Shown here in pieces: positions 9,055-17,217 of a stretch of 52,490 bases of DNA (the first letter of the stretch is position 1; each line of letters opens with the position of its first letter). The position numbers and the translations under genes were made by a program. A model generated the notes under the pieces. The model was not told where the DNA came from, did not search any database, and saw nothing but the letters and a program-made list of their open reading frames with translations. Location of the stretch: the IMG/VR virus record IMGVR_UViG_3300036785_000427, positions 1 through 52,490 of that record; one strand, 5' to 3'. This stretch comes from a virus. Its lineage: Duplodnaviria > Caudoviricetes.

Positions 9055-9400
9055 GTGTATCGGTGATTTGGAACCCTGAGCGACTGGAACCATGGGCGGT
9101 AGCATGTCAACCAGTATGGTAAGGACCACTCTCCTCGATGCATCTGGTGCGGATAGTTCCAGTAAGTCCTGGAACTATCCCTCCCATATGGCGTATTTTG
9201 GGGGGCACTTAGGTAGCGGCCCCCTCTGTTAAGCGGCTTACGCACGGTGCTTTGTGGCACTGAATTCCGTCCTACCGGGCATTTTGCCCCGGTTTGCCAT
9301 TGAAGGCGCGGGAACGACAGAATTTGGTGACTGATACGGAGGTTTCTGCACCCACAGAAACCTAGATCCAGATTGCATGTAAGATGGATTTAACAACCGG
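9055..9400. ncRNA. Candidate structured non-coding region at the convergence of the two arms
   Basis: Perfect 12-bp stem 9151-9180, perfect 9-bp stem 9340-9363, several shorter hairpins, possible long-range pairing 9057-9064/9330-9337. Confidence 0.35.
9227..9259. repeat. 33-bp intergenic repeat, copy 2
   Basis: Matches 2760-2792 (18 bp exact core). Confidence 0.85.
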
Positions 9401-9458
9401 CTAGTTTGGAGTGAAGTTACACGAGGTTTAATTGAGTAGATACCATGGATAGGCATGA

Positions 9459-11759
9459 CTATACATCTCTATCCAAATTTGCATCGATCCAATCCTGGAC
9501 CTGCTTCAACATCACATCAGCATCTGATTTTAACTCAGCCTCTTCACGATTAATCGGACCGTAATGCTGGCGTAGTTTCCGCAGCACAATCGCACAGGTC
9601 TCACAGGCAAATGCCGGTTGCTTCTTGCACATGTCCTGAAACTTTGCGCCATTGCCAGAACCATAGTTCTGCCAGTCCGAGCTAGAGCACGATACATCTT
9701 CGCTAAAGTAATCCATAAAACCTTGTGGATTGTCGGTCGAGGAAGCAGCAGAAAACGCATTGAACAGTTCATCGAATTTCGAGGAGCATGAGTGTGCATT
9801 GTATGAGGTCTGAAACAACCCAGCTTCGGCGGTATCAGAAGAGACATTGTCTGCTGATTGATCCCTGCCGCAGCAGTGCTGACCGGAACTTTCGCGCATC
9901 CCCAGACCCATCAACAGTGCCCACAGATGCCGAAGTGTGTCAGCCCCGTCTCTAGTATTGTCCATGTTTGCATCACGGTATTGCGTGTAATACCATTGGA
10001 GCACGTCCTTCTCAGAGTTACCTGAGTTCTTCTTAGCCATCTCGACCGCAGGTCCGTAACCCATCTGCCATTGCCGATACGTGTTGGCCCAAGCGAGAGC
10101 AAAGCCTTTGACATAACCATCTGGAGCTAAACCGCGATCACGCCAACTGTAGCCTGAAATCCTAGATTGGATCGCTATTTTAGCGATTACTTCCTGCTGC
10201 TGTGATGTCAGCGGAGCCGGTAATCCCGGCGGAATGTAGGGTGGCATATGAGTATCGAGTGCATTCCAAGTCTGCTCGCCTACGACACCATCAGCATCCA
10301 AACCACGCGAACGTTGATAGTCGTACACTGCTTCCTCTGTCAAGGAGCCAAAGTCGCCGTCCGCGGTAAGATTACAACCCTCCAACTCTATATTCAGATC
10401 GCTCTGTAATTCGACCACGTATGGCCCTTCGTCGCCAATACCGAGCACCGGTTTAGATCCTGATGTGGGAGGCTCTGTCGGAGGCCTGTCAGGCGGATTA
10501 ATCGGGGGGCGATCCGGCGGCTGCTCTGGTGGCGTGCCAATCGCCTGCCCAGAAACTGACTCGGCAATCGATTGGCAGATAGCATCAAAATTGTTGCGAT
10601 AAAGATCTGCATCCGCACTACTATCTACAAAACAGGTTTCAATTAAGATTGCTGGCTCATTGGTATTGTTGAGGAAAAACAGGTCAGTACGCTTCTTTGG
10701 ACCGCGGTCTAGAAAATGACCACTATCAGCAATAGCACTGGACACATCTGCTGCCAAAGTCTGCTGAGTAACATACAGACATTCAACACCCATCGGCTTG
10801 CTAGTGGTCTGGTAAGCATTGAAATGAACACTCACATCGAGATCACGTGTACGTGCATTGTGATAATTCACAATTGTATTGAGATTTGTGCTTTGGTCAT
10901 GTGAGGTGTTATCGTGAAATGTTTCAACACCAACGCCGATGTGCCGCAGCATTGCTGCAGTCTGCTCGACAACTCGCCGCGCCTCGTTTACTTCATCAAG
11001 ATAGCCGCTCGCTCCGCGGATATACTTGCCGTGACCACTGCTGATTACGATCTTCATGGGTGCTCCAATGCTCGACTGATAAGGCAAAACATCTTCCACA
11101 TTCACGTACTCCCCATATTCGGAGTAGGTGACACCTACGTTGCCAAGTCCGGCAACCTGCTCAGCCATCTTGTTGGCCCAGCTCCAACCAACTCCATGCC
11201 CGTCGAGATCAAATGCAACAAACCAGATCGGAAGGTTTGGCTTGTCGCAGTCCTTCCTGAGCAGATCCAGGAGCGCGACCGACTGCATGCCACGTTCGAC
11301 TATTATCCCAATCACGTTGGGGTGAGAGACGTAACGCAGCGCGTTGTTTAGTGACAGCAGCACCGGATTTTTGGCGATAATCAGGAACCCGCTGTTCTCC
11401 ACCTCCTCCATCACGTAGTCAAAATAGGCATCATAGCTGTCTGGATTGTCCAGCTCTATTATCGTATGCCCTTGCGCGCGCCGTAGTGCATACTGACGAT
11501 CCAGGTTCCGCCGCCAGCCCGCACCGCGCGGATCAATTCGACCCTCATTATACTGACCAGACACGTCGTCATCCGGCAGGTAGGGTTCGTAGATCGGACC
11601 GTCATCCTCGTAGTTCTCGTGGAACAGGTTGCAGTAGGCAATATTGTCTCCGCTCCCTACGCGCGGATCATCGTAAGGCACCTCGGTTATCCGAGCATCG
11701 TCGTCCGCAATGTCTTCGAGATCCGCGCCAATAAGGTAGCTGAGCGCTTTCTGTGGCAT
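9459..11759 (-). CDS. Multidomain endolysin: GH114-like domain + Amidase_3 + PG-binding + lysozyme-like domain
   Basis: IAYCNLF / IELDNPDSY (GH114-like, tentative); ISSGHG, SVHFNA, ILIET (Zn amidase); ADGDFGSLTEEAVYDYQRSRGLDADGVVG (PG_binding_1); RESSG...AGLFQTS (lysozyme-like). Confidence 0.88.
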   Translation of the reverse strand: MPQKALSYLIGADLEDIADDDARITEVPYDDPRVGSGDNIAYCNLFHENYEDDGPIYEPYLPDDDVSGQYNEGRIDPRGAGWRRNLDRQYALRRAQGHTIIELDNPDSYDAYFDYVMEEVENSGFLIIAKNPVLLSLNNALRYVSHPNVIGIIVERGMQSVALLDLLRKDCDKPNLPIWFVAFDLDGHGVGWSWANKMAEQVAGLGNVGVTYSEYGEYVNVEDVLPYQSSIGAPMKIVISSGHGKYIRGASGYLDEVNEARRVVEQTAAMLRHIGVGVETFHDNTSHDQSTNLNTIVNYHNARTRDLDVSVHFNAYQTTSKPMGVECLYVTQQTLAADVSSAIADSGHFLDRGPKKRTDLFFLNNTNEPAILIETCFVDSSADADLYRNNFDAICQSIAESVSGQAIGTPPEQPPDRPPINPPDRPPTEPPTSGSKPVLGIGDEGPYVVELQSDLNIELEGCNLTADGDFGSLTEEAVYDYQRSRGLDADGVVGEQTWNALDTHMPPYIPPGLPAPLTSQQQEVIAKIAIQSRISGYSWRDRGLAPDGYVKGFALAWANTYRQWQMGYGPAVEMAKKNSGNSEKDVLQWYYTQYRDANMDNTRDGADTLRHLWALLMGLGMRESSGQHCCGRDQSADNVSSDTAEAGLFQTSYNAHSCSSKFDELFNAFSAASSTDNPQGFMDYFSEDVSCSSSDWQNYGSGNGAKFQDMCKKQPAFACETCAIVLRKLRQHYGPINREEAELKSDADVMLKQVQDWIDANLDRDV

Positions 11760-11760
11760 T

Positions 11761-12138
11761 TCACCGCTGCCGTCTGCCAGACGGTGTAGGGACGGGAAAA
11801 CCAGGAATCACAACCCATCCGGTACCAGGGAGCCAAACCGGGATAAAGAGCGGCGGCTTGCTTGGGTCTGGTGGAATGTCTGGAACGATTGGCCCACCGC
11901 CAATCATGGGAGGATAACCACCGGGAGCAGACGGCTCGAACGGCGGAGTACCGGGTGGCAAGGCGATAGGAAACTGCGGTTCGCCACCAGGAGGTGCTGT
12001 AGAAACATCTGGGGGAATAATCGGACCGCCGCCAACACCAAGACCAGTGATCGTGAGATCACCGGTTATGGTAACGGGAACAGATATGCCATCTGGACCA
12101 GTTGTAGAGCCAACAATCGTTACTGCTATTGCCGTCAT
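11761..12138 (-). CDS. Proline/glycine-rich hypothetical protein
   Basis: AAGGAG RBS; two GGGPI(I/V)P repeats; abuts the endolysin start. Confidence 0.7.
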   Translation of the reverse strand: MTAIAVTIVGSTTGPDGISVPVTITGDLTITGLGVGGGPIIPPDVSTAPPGGEPQFPIALPPGTPPFEPSAPGGYPPMIGGGPIVPDIPPDPSKPPLFIPVWLPGTGWVVIPGFPVPTPSGRRQR

Positions 12139-12163
12139 GACATTTCTCCTTTGTGTAAAGTCT

Positions 12164-12376
12164 TCATCGAAAGTTATCTAGGATGCAGTTGGACAACACT
12201 TGATCCGTAATCAGATCGGCAGCAACGTATCGTGCGAAATTGGATGAGCGCGCATTGGTGGTATTATTAAATAGATTCCACATCAACACGATCAGACATA
12301 GGTTCAAGATCACAAGCGACATTTCCAGCGGCCTTGTCCTGCCAATGGCAACAGCAATGCCGCTGAATATTGTCAT
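12164..12376 (-). CDS. Single-TM holin-like protein (paralog B)
   Basis: Hydrophobic PLEMSLVILNLCLIVLMW; ATGA overlap with upstream paralog; lies upstream of endolysin. Confidence 0.55.
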   Translation of the reverse strand: MTIFSGIAVAIGRTRPLEMSLVILNLCLIVLMWNLFNNTTNARSSNFARYVAADLITDQVLSNCILDNFR

Positions 12377-12615
12377 GGCTGTTTCGGCGGTATAATGCAA
12401 CGAGCCAAGAGCTGGGATGTCTCTTTCTGGTGCGTGAAATATAGCTCAAGATCGTGATTGCGCACCTCGATTTGTTTAGTCGTAAACCACCAGATCAGCG
12501 CAATCAGAGCAATATTCATAATTGAAAGCGCCAGTGAGAGTGGCTGCTCCTTCATGATCGTCATGAAGGTCCCAGCAGCCTTCGCGCCTTCTTCCAGTGC
12601 CCCAGGATTCATCAC
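12373..12615 (-). CDS. Single-TM holin-like protein (paralog A)
   Basis: Hydrophobic PLSLALSIMNIALIALIWW; position in lysis cassette. Confidence 0.6.
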   Translation of the reverse strand: MMNPGALEEGAKAAGTFMTIMKEQPLSLALSIMNIALIALIWWFTTKQIEVRNHDLELYFTHQKETSQLLARCIIPPKQP

Positions 12616-12830
12616 AATTTCCTTATTCTTATTCTCCGTGCTTCTGTTAGAAGAGCCTTTGCAACCGCAGTGGCCTCCTCAATACTTAAGAAAATACTTT
12701 GAAGAGGTTGATTTAATTGAAGTACGATCAAACCATTAGGATGATGTGTTATCGTTGCTTGCAGCTCCTCCGGCTTCTCCTCCTTCTTCCGCCTTAAAAG
12801 CGATAAAAGTTGGTCTATCTTCCTGGACAA
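12612..12830 (-). CDS. Hypothetical protein
   Basis: TTG start after GAGGAGG; stop overlaps next start. Confidence 0.5.
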   Translation of the reverse strand: MSRKIDQLLSLLRRKKEEKPEELQATITHHPNGLIVLQLNQPLQSIFLSIEEATAVAKALLTEARRIRIRKL

Positions 12831-12942
12831 TTTCTACCTCCTCCTCTTGAGGCGTATTGATTAGCCGGGAAACTACATAGGTCGGGTTCTCTTGTGATTC
12901 TGGTTCATTACTAATATAAATAGGCTCTACCCTCTCCATCAA
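12736..12942 (-). CDS. Acidic hypothetical protein
   Basis: Start overlaps the upstream stop; 95-nt overlap with the next ORF. Confidence 0.4.
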   Translation of the reverse strand: MMERVEPIYISNEPESQENPTYVVSRLINTPQEEEVEIVQEDRPTFIAFKAEEGGEAGGAASNDNTSS

Positions 12943-13463
12943 TATGTTCCTCCATCCAAACCAGTAACTTCAAATCCACTGATTGTTACGTTTGCACTGC
13001 CGTCAAAACTTGCCGGAGTCTGTGTAATTGTCGTTCCACCAGTAGCACCGATAGCGATAGTGCGTGCTGTCGCCAACTTAATCACACTAAGTGGAACAGT
13101 ATTGCCATCACCGGCCAGCGTTGCATCATGTGAAACGGCTGAGATTCCGCCACCAGGAGCTGCACTCCAACTCACATTGCCAGCACCATCAGTAGTTAGA
13201 ATATTGGTTGATGCACCTCCTGTTAAATGAAAACTTCCTCCAGAACCAGGAGAAAAAGTTTTCGCCCCTGTGACAGTCTGTGCACCGGCAATTTCTACTT
13301 GCCGAGTAGCACTAACGAGTGTCAATACCGCTGTTGGAGAAGTACCAACATAAAGACTAGCAGGTCCACCACCCGGATCTTGGAACGCTAGTTCACCAAC
13401 AGCTAATGTTGCCGGAACTCCGGTAGTACCAACACGCCGCTTGATCTGAATAGTGGCAGTCAT
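12939..13463 (-). CDS. Fibre-associated structural protein
   Basis: N-terminal TIQIKR..G..P..LAVGELA docking-type motif; C-terminal LDGGTY. Confidence 0.7.
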   Translation of the reverse strand: MTATIQIKRRVGTTGVPATLAVGELAFQDPGGGPASLYVGTSPTAVLTLVSATRQVEIAGAQTVTGAKTFSPGSGGSFHLTGGASTNILTTDGAGNVSWSAAPGGGISAVSHDATLAGDGNTVPLSVIKLATARTIAIGATGGTTITQTPASFDGSANVTISGFEVTGLDGGTY

Positions 13464-13469
13464 AACATA

Positions 13470-13781
13470 TTAATCCTTACTAACTTTTTCTACTGGATAC
13501 CACTCAATTGTCGGTATGGCGCGTCTCTGTTTCTTAACCTCCCACTCCTGTTCGAGCACTTTGCCATTCCAACGCAGACGACCTGTCAGATTAAAATACG
13601 ACTTCTCAACTTCCGGATCATGTTGCTTAATTACCTCGGCAAGTTTGACCTTTTGTTCATCAGTTAAGTTCTCACGTCCTTCAATGGTGCTGTCACTACC
13701 CCATGTGAATGGTAAACCTCCAAGGCCAGCTGCAATGATTTCGTCACCAAAGGTAGGGCCAAATAGAATTTTCTTTTCCAT
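13470..13781 (-). CDS. Putative tail fibre assembly protein
   Basis: Small ORF immediately downstream of a fibre gene. Confidence 0.45.
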   Translation of the reverse strand: MEKKILFGPTFGDEIIAAGLGGLPFTWGSDSTIEGRENLTDEQKVKLAEVIKQHDPEVEKSYFNLTGRLRWNGKVLEQEWEVKKQRRAIPTIEWYPVEKVSKD

Positions 13782-13784
13782 TAT

Positions 13785-14867
13785 CTAACCTCGTGTCATA
13801 ACAGACAAAGTCACCCGACCTGCACCACTAGCAATAGTTCCAAACCAAAAGGCAGTCCCAGTCGCTGTAATGAAACCATAAAGACTCGCCGTATGCCAAC
13901 CTTCAGTTAAAACACTTCCGCCGAATACACTGAACGGCATGTCTCCATTTGCGACGTTGTCAGAAGACGCTTGATTAGCCGTTTGAAGTATCACCCCATC
14001 CATATACATCGTGGTGTTTATGTTAGTTACAGCAGATGCCTGACATGAACCACTAGCACCATAAGACACATGATCACTGGCCCAACACAAGAAGCTTGTA
14101 TCAATTTCAGCATTGATCTTGACAAAAGTATTACTTGTAGTTGAGCGATCAGCAGTCAGGTTAGATTGCGCAAGTTTTGGACTCCTATTAAACCACGAAA
14201 GAACACCGCGCGTTCTTAGACTATCCTGAAAGACTCCAGCAGCACCAGTCTGAATCATTCCAATAAGCGAGCGTGTGTTATCACCAGTAAGGATTTCAAT
14301 ACCTTCATTTCCAGCCGTCGCACTCGGTGCATGTGTAGCAGCGGTTCGAAAATCTGCTGTAACTACACCAGCATTACTGAACGCGAAAACCCAATAAGTC
14401 GTATTTGCAACAAGACTTTGAGCAGCCACGCCATTGACAAAGACATTGGTATTACCGAGACCAACGATGCCAGCCGTTGGAATTGAATATATTGTACCAT
14501 TGATCTTGATTTGATTGCCATAATACGGAACAAATTGCAATGCTGTCGTGCTAACGAAACTTAGTAATCCATTATGTGTTGAGGATGCTCCAGCTCTTGG
14601 TTGAAACCATTGTGCAGGATTAAATGCTGCTGCTGATATTGCCGTACTCGCAATATAAAGAATTCCCTGATAATTGACTGCTGCTCCAGCAACATAACTC
14701 GTATTAGTTGAAAACATCGGCACGCCAAGTAGATCGCGTGCCACGTTGCTCGAGTCAAAAACACCAAGCTGATTATCACCCATATTGACATATGGTTCAC
14801 CATACTGTCTTCCAGATGGGCGACTACCGGGGGTGACAGAACGAAGAACTTGAATAGCGGCGACCAT
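13785..14867 (-). CDS. Tail fibre / receptor-binding protein
   Basis: N-terminal IQVLRS..PG.RP...GEP motif, short carbohydrate-binding-like module (Y..G..V.YQG.LY.A...FNPAQW), beta-rich C-terminus. Confidence 0.7.
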   Translation of the reverse strand: MVAAIQVLRSVTPGSRPSGRQYGEPYVNMGDNQLGVFDSSNVARDLLGVPMFSTNTSYVAGAAVNYQGILYIASTAISAAAFNPAQWFQPRAGASSTHNGLLSFVSTTALQFVPYYGNQIKINGTIYSIPTAGIVGLGNTNVFVNGVAAQSLVANTTYWVFAFSNAGVVTADFRTAATHAPSATAGNEGIEILTGDNTRSLIGMIQTGAAGVFQDSLRTRGVLSWFNRSPKLAQSNLTADRSTTSNTFVKINAEIDTSFLCWASDHVSYGASGSCQASAVTNINTTMYMDGVILQTANQASSDNVANGDMPFSVFGGSVLTEGWHTASLYGFITATGTAFWFGTIASGAGRVTLSVMTRG

Positions 14868-15415
14868 TAGTAGGTTCCTACATCAATGCGATTAGTATTG
14901 ACCCAAGCCGCATTATTCCGGCCATAGGTAGTCCCATCAGAAGGGGCATCTGCTATAGAAATTATGGTGCCTGTTCTATTATCTACATACTCTTTCGTAG
15001 CTGCTCCAAGAGCTGCGGTTGGGTCTGCAGACAGAACCAATAGTCCTGTCATTGTCCCACCAGCTTTGGCAACGTAATTAGAAAAATTCCCATTCACAGT
15101 TATGATACTATTATCAACATATTGTTTCGTTGCTGCATCAAAAGCATTAACGGGAACTGCTCCCAAAGTCAAAAGTCCAGTTAATGTTCCTCCAGTAGTA
15201 GGAAGATATTTGGTTAGATCTAAAAGAACTCCATTAGTATAAAGACCTAGAAGATTTACGGTTCCTGGACCTTTATTCCCACCGGCAGGAGTTCCAACTA
15301 TAACTCCATTAGGATATTGAATATAACCAGCGTATTGGTTCCATGGTCCTGGAGCAGTAAGTGGACCGCCTGCTCCTGAACCTAGAATAGTTTCAAGTGG
15401 GGCTGCTTCAGCCAT
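14867..15415 (-). CDS. Fibre shaft protein with foldon-like motif
   Basis: Two GGT(L/M)TG.L.L...P.....AATK.YVD repeats; ADAPSDGTTYGRNNAAW resembles the T4 fibritin foldon; ends IDVGTY. Confidence 0.75.
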   Translation of the reverse strand: MAEAAPLETILGSGAGGPLTAPGPWNQYAGYIQYPNGVIVGTPAGGNKGPGTVNLLGLYTNGVLLDLTKYLPTTGGTLTGLLTLGAVPVNAFDAATKQYVDNSIITVNGNFSNYVAKAGGTMTGLLVLSADPTAALGAATKEYVDNRTGTIISIADAPSDGTTYGRNNAAWVNTNRIDVGTY

Positions 15416-15416
15416 C

Positions 15417-15722
15417 TTAAACCCATTGGACAGCGGTGAACTTATGATTTGGACTGCTAGATGCAACACTCACCGGAGTAGTCGTGTTCGGAATTACAGT
15501 GTACGATTGACCGGGTTGAAGAGCTATGGTCGTACCATTAGCTTGGACAGTTGCAGGACCTACTTGATTAACGTAGAGTACTTCTGCGGTTGCAATTCCT
15601 TGATCTGCTGCCAAGAAAGGATTAACAATGTATCCTCCTGTTTGATTAGAGGCGATAGCGCTGACAGCAATGCCAGCGGTAGAAGAGGTTATGTTCGTAA
15701 GACCAGCTTGAGGAGTGCTCAT
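15417..15722 (-). CDS. Small virion protein; free-standing copy of a domain repeated in baseplate and neck proteins
   Basis: AGGAG RBS; GG.I.NP...DQG...AE.L...LQPGQ...HKF motif. Confidence 0.75.
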   Translation of the reverse strand: MSTPQAGLTNITSSTAGIAVSAIASNQTGGYIVNPFLAADQGIATAEVLYVNQVGPATVQANGTTIALQPGQSYTVIPNTTTPVSVASSSPNHKFTAVQWV

Positions 15723-15732
15723 GAGATTCTCC

Positions 15733-17208
15733 TTATGAAGACCATCCAGGAGGATAGACTATACCAGCTTCAGCATTAAATATTGAACCAACTGATACGT
15801 CGTAACTGACACCACCTGCAGATTGAACTATAAACTCTGGAGCACCAATTGTTGTTGGAGGTCCATTGACAGCAATATTTCCAGGTGCATTTCCTACACT
15901 TATGACACCACCATCTGTTGCCCACATAACAGACTGACAAGCAACATTGTTCAACCATGTCCAAGTTAAGGGTTTCCTGTCTGATGCAAAATCACTTATT
16001 CCAGCTATTGCAAAAGTCCCACTTTGATCTGCTTCAAATATACTTCCACCTCCTGTTGTAGATGTAAATTTACAGACACCATGAAGTAGTACTTGTCCTC
16101 CAATTGCAGCAGATATAGATGAAGTTTCTCCACTAGTAGGAGAACTGAAATTACATCCATAGATTTCTAGATAACCACCCAAAGAAGCAGCATTCTGTGC
16201 GTATGATTGAAAAGTAAATCCGTGCACCAGCAGATTGCCGCCTGCTTCAGACATGAAACAAATGCCAAGATAAGAACCAGGAACATAGGAAGCATCTGCT
16301 GTTGATGTGCAATTAATGACAACATTCTGCGGATTAGCGTCATTACCTTGATATTCAATTGAAGCAATATATTGACTTTGATGTGAAAATCCACTCGTAT
16401 AAGTACCATCAGCAACCACGATTTTATAACTTTGTGAAGAGACATAACGTAAAGCAATCGTATTAGCCGCACCTTGAAGTGTCTTAAATGCGGCAGCCGC
16501 AGTGTTGGCAAGTCCAGTATTACTTTCAATACCAGTTGTCATATTAACAACACTTGTAGAATCCGATCTTACATAGAATATATATTGTGGTGGTCCTTGT
16601 ACAACGTTCATAATTGTTGATGAAAAATTTGTTCCATTCCAAATAAATATATACTCCAAATTAGCATAAACATCACCTGAAACAAAATCCGACCCATCCG
16701 TACGCTTACAAAGAGATGCTGGTAGTCCATTCAAAGCCATATCAGTCGCGGCAGTATTGGCATTCGCCACTTTAATAACGAAAACCATCCCTATAGCCAA
16801 GCTCGAAGGCACAGGATTTGTTACTGCTATGATATGATTAGGCGTTCCTGTATCAGTACCAACGTATATAAGAGATGTGTTAGCCGCTGGTGCGACGGTT
16901 TGAACGAAAGCTCTTAGAGTACCAGCAGTAATAAGATTTGCGAAGATATCACCAGCATTCCAAGCTCTAGCCGTTGTTCCTTCTTGTGCTCGCACAATAG
17001 TAGCAACATCACCGGTTATATTCGTGACATGCACTATTTCATTAATAGTCTTTGTTGCTTGATCATAAAAAGTACAGACAAAAAAATCTGTACCAGTTGG
17101 TAGCGGAAATAGGACACCTGTTCCTGCTGCCAGTGCAACAGATGTCGCCGCAGCGGTAATGCTCCCAGAGATTGTGGTGGATGCATTATTACTGAAGAGG
17201 ATAGTCAT
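15733..17208 (-). CDS. Tail fibre/spike with probable beta-helix C-terminal domain
   Basis: N-terminal baseplate-attachment motif (FSNNASTT...EIVHVT...RAQEGT.A.AW.AGD); AFKTLQGA...VADGTY typical of beta-helix start. Confidence 0.75.
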   Translation of the reverse strand: MTILFSNNASTTISGSITAAATSVALAAGTGVLFPLPTGTDFFVCTFYDQATKTINEIVHVTNITGDVATIVRAQEGTTARAWNAGDIFANLITAGTLRAFVQTVAPAANTSLIYVGTDTGTPNHIIAVTNPVPSSLAIGMVFVIKVANANTAATDMALNGLPASLCKRTDGSDFVSGDVYANLEYIFIWNGTNFSSTIMNVVQGPPQYIFYVRSDSTSVVNMTTGIESNTGLANTAAAAFKTLQGAANTIALRYVSSQSYKIVVADGTYTSGFSHQSQYIASIEYQGNDANPQNVVINCTSTADASYVPGSYLGICFMSEAGGNLLVHGFTFQSYAQNAASLGGYLEIYGCNFSSPTSGETSSISAAIGGQVLLHGVCKFTSTTGGGSIFEADQSGTFAIAGISDFASDRKPLTWTWLNNVACQSVMWATDGGVISVGNAPGNIAVNGPPTTIGAPEFIVQSAGGVSYDVSVGSIFNAEAGIVYPPGWSS

Positions 17209-17217
17209 GTTATCTCC

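Noticed and set aside
8970-9456. Two minus-strand ORFs (96 and 72 aa) after the endolysin
   Set aside because: No recognisable motifs, weak RBS, one overlaps a convergent gene; not listed as CDS but not fully excluded
12939-14867. Diversity-generating retroelement target
   Set aside because: No reverse transcriptase and no template/variable repeat pair seen in the window
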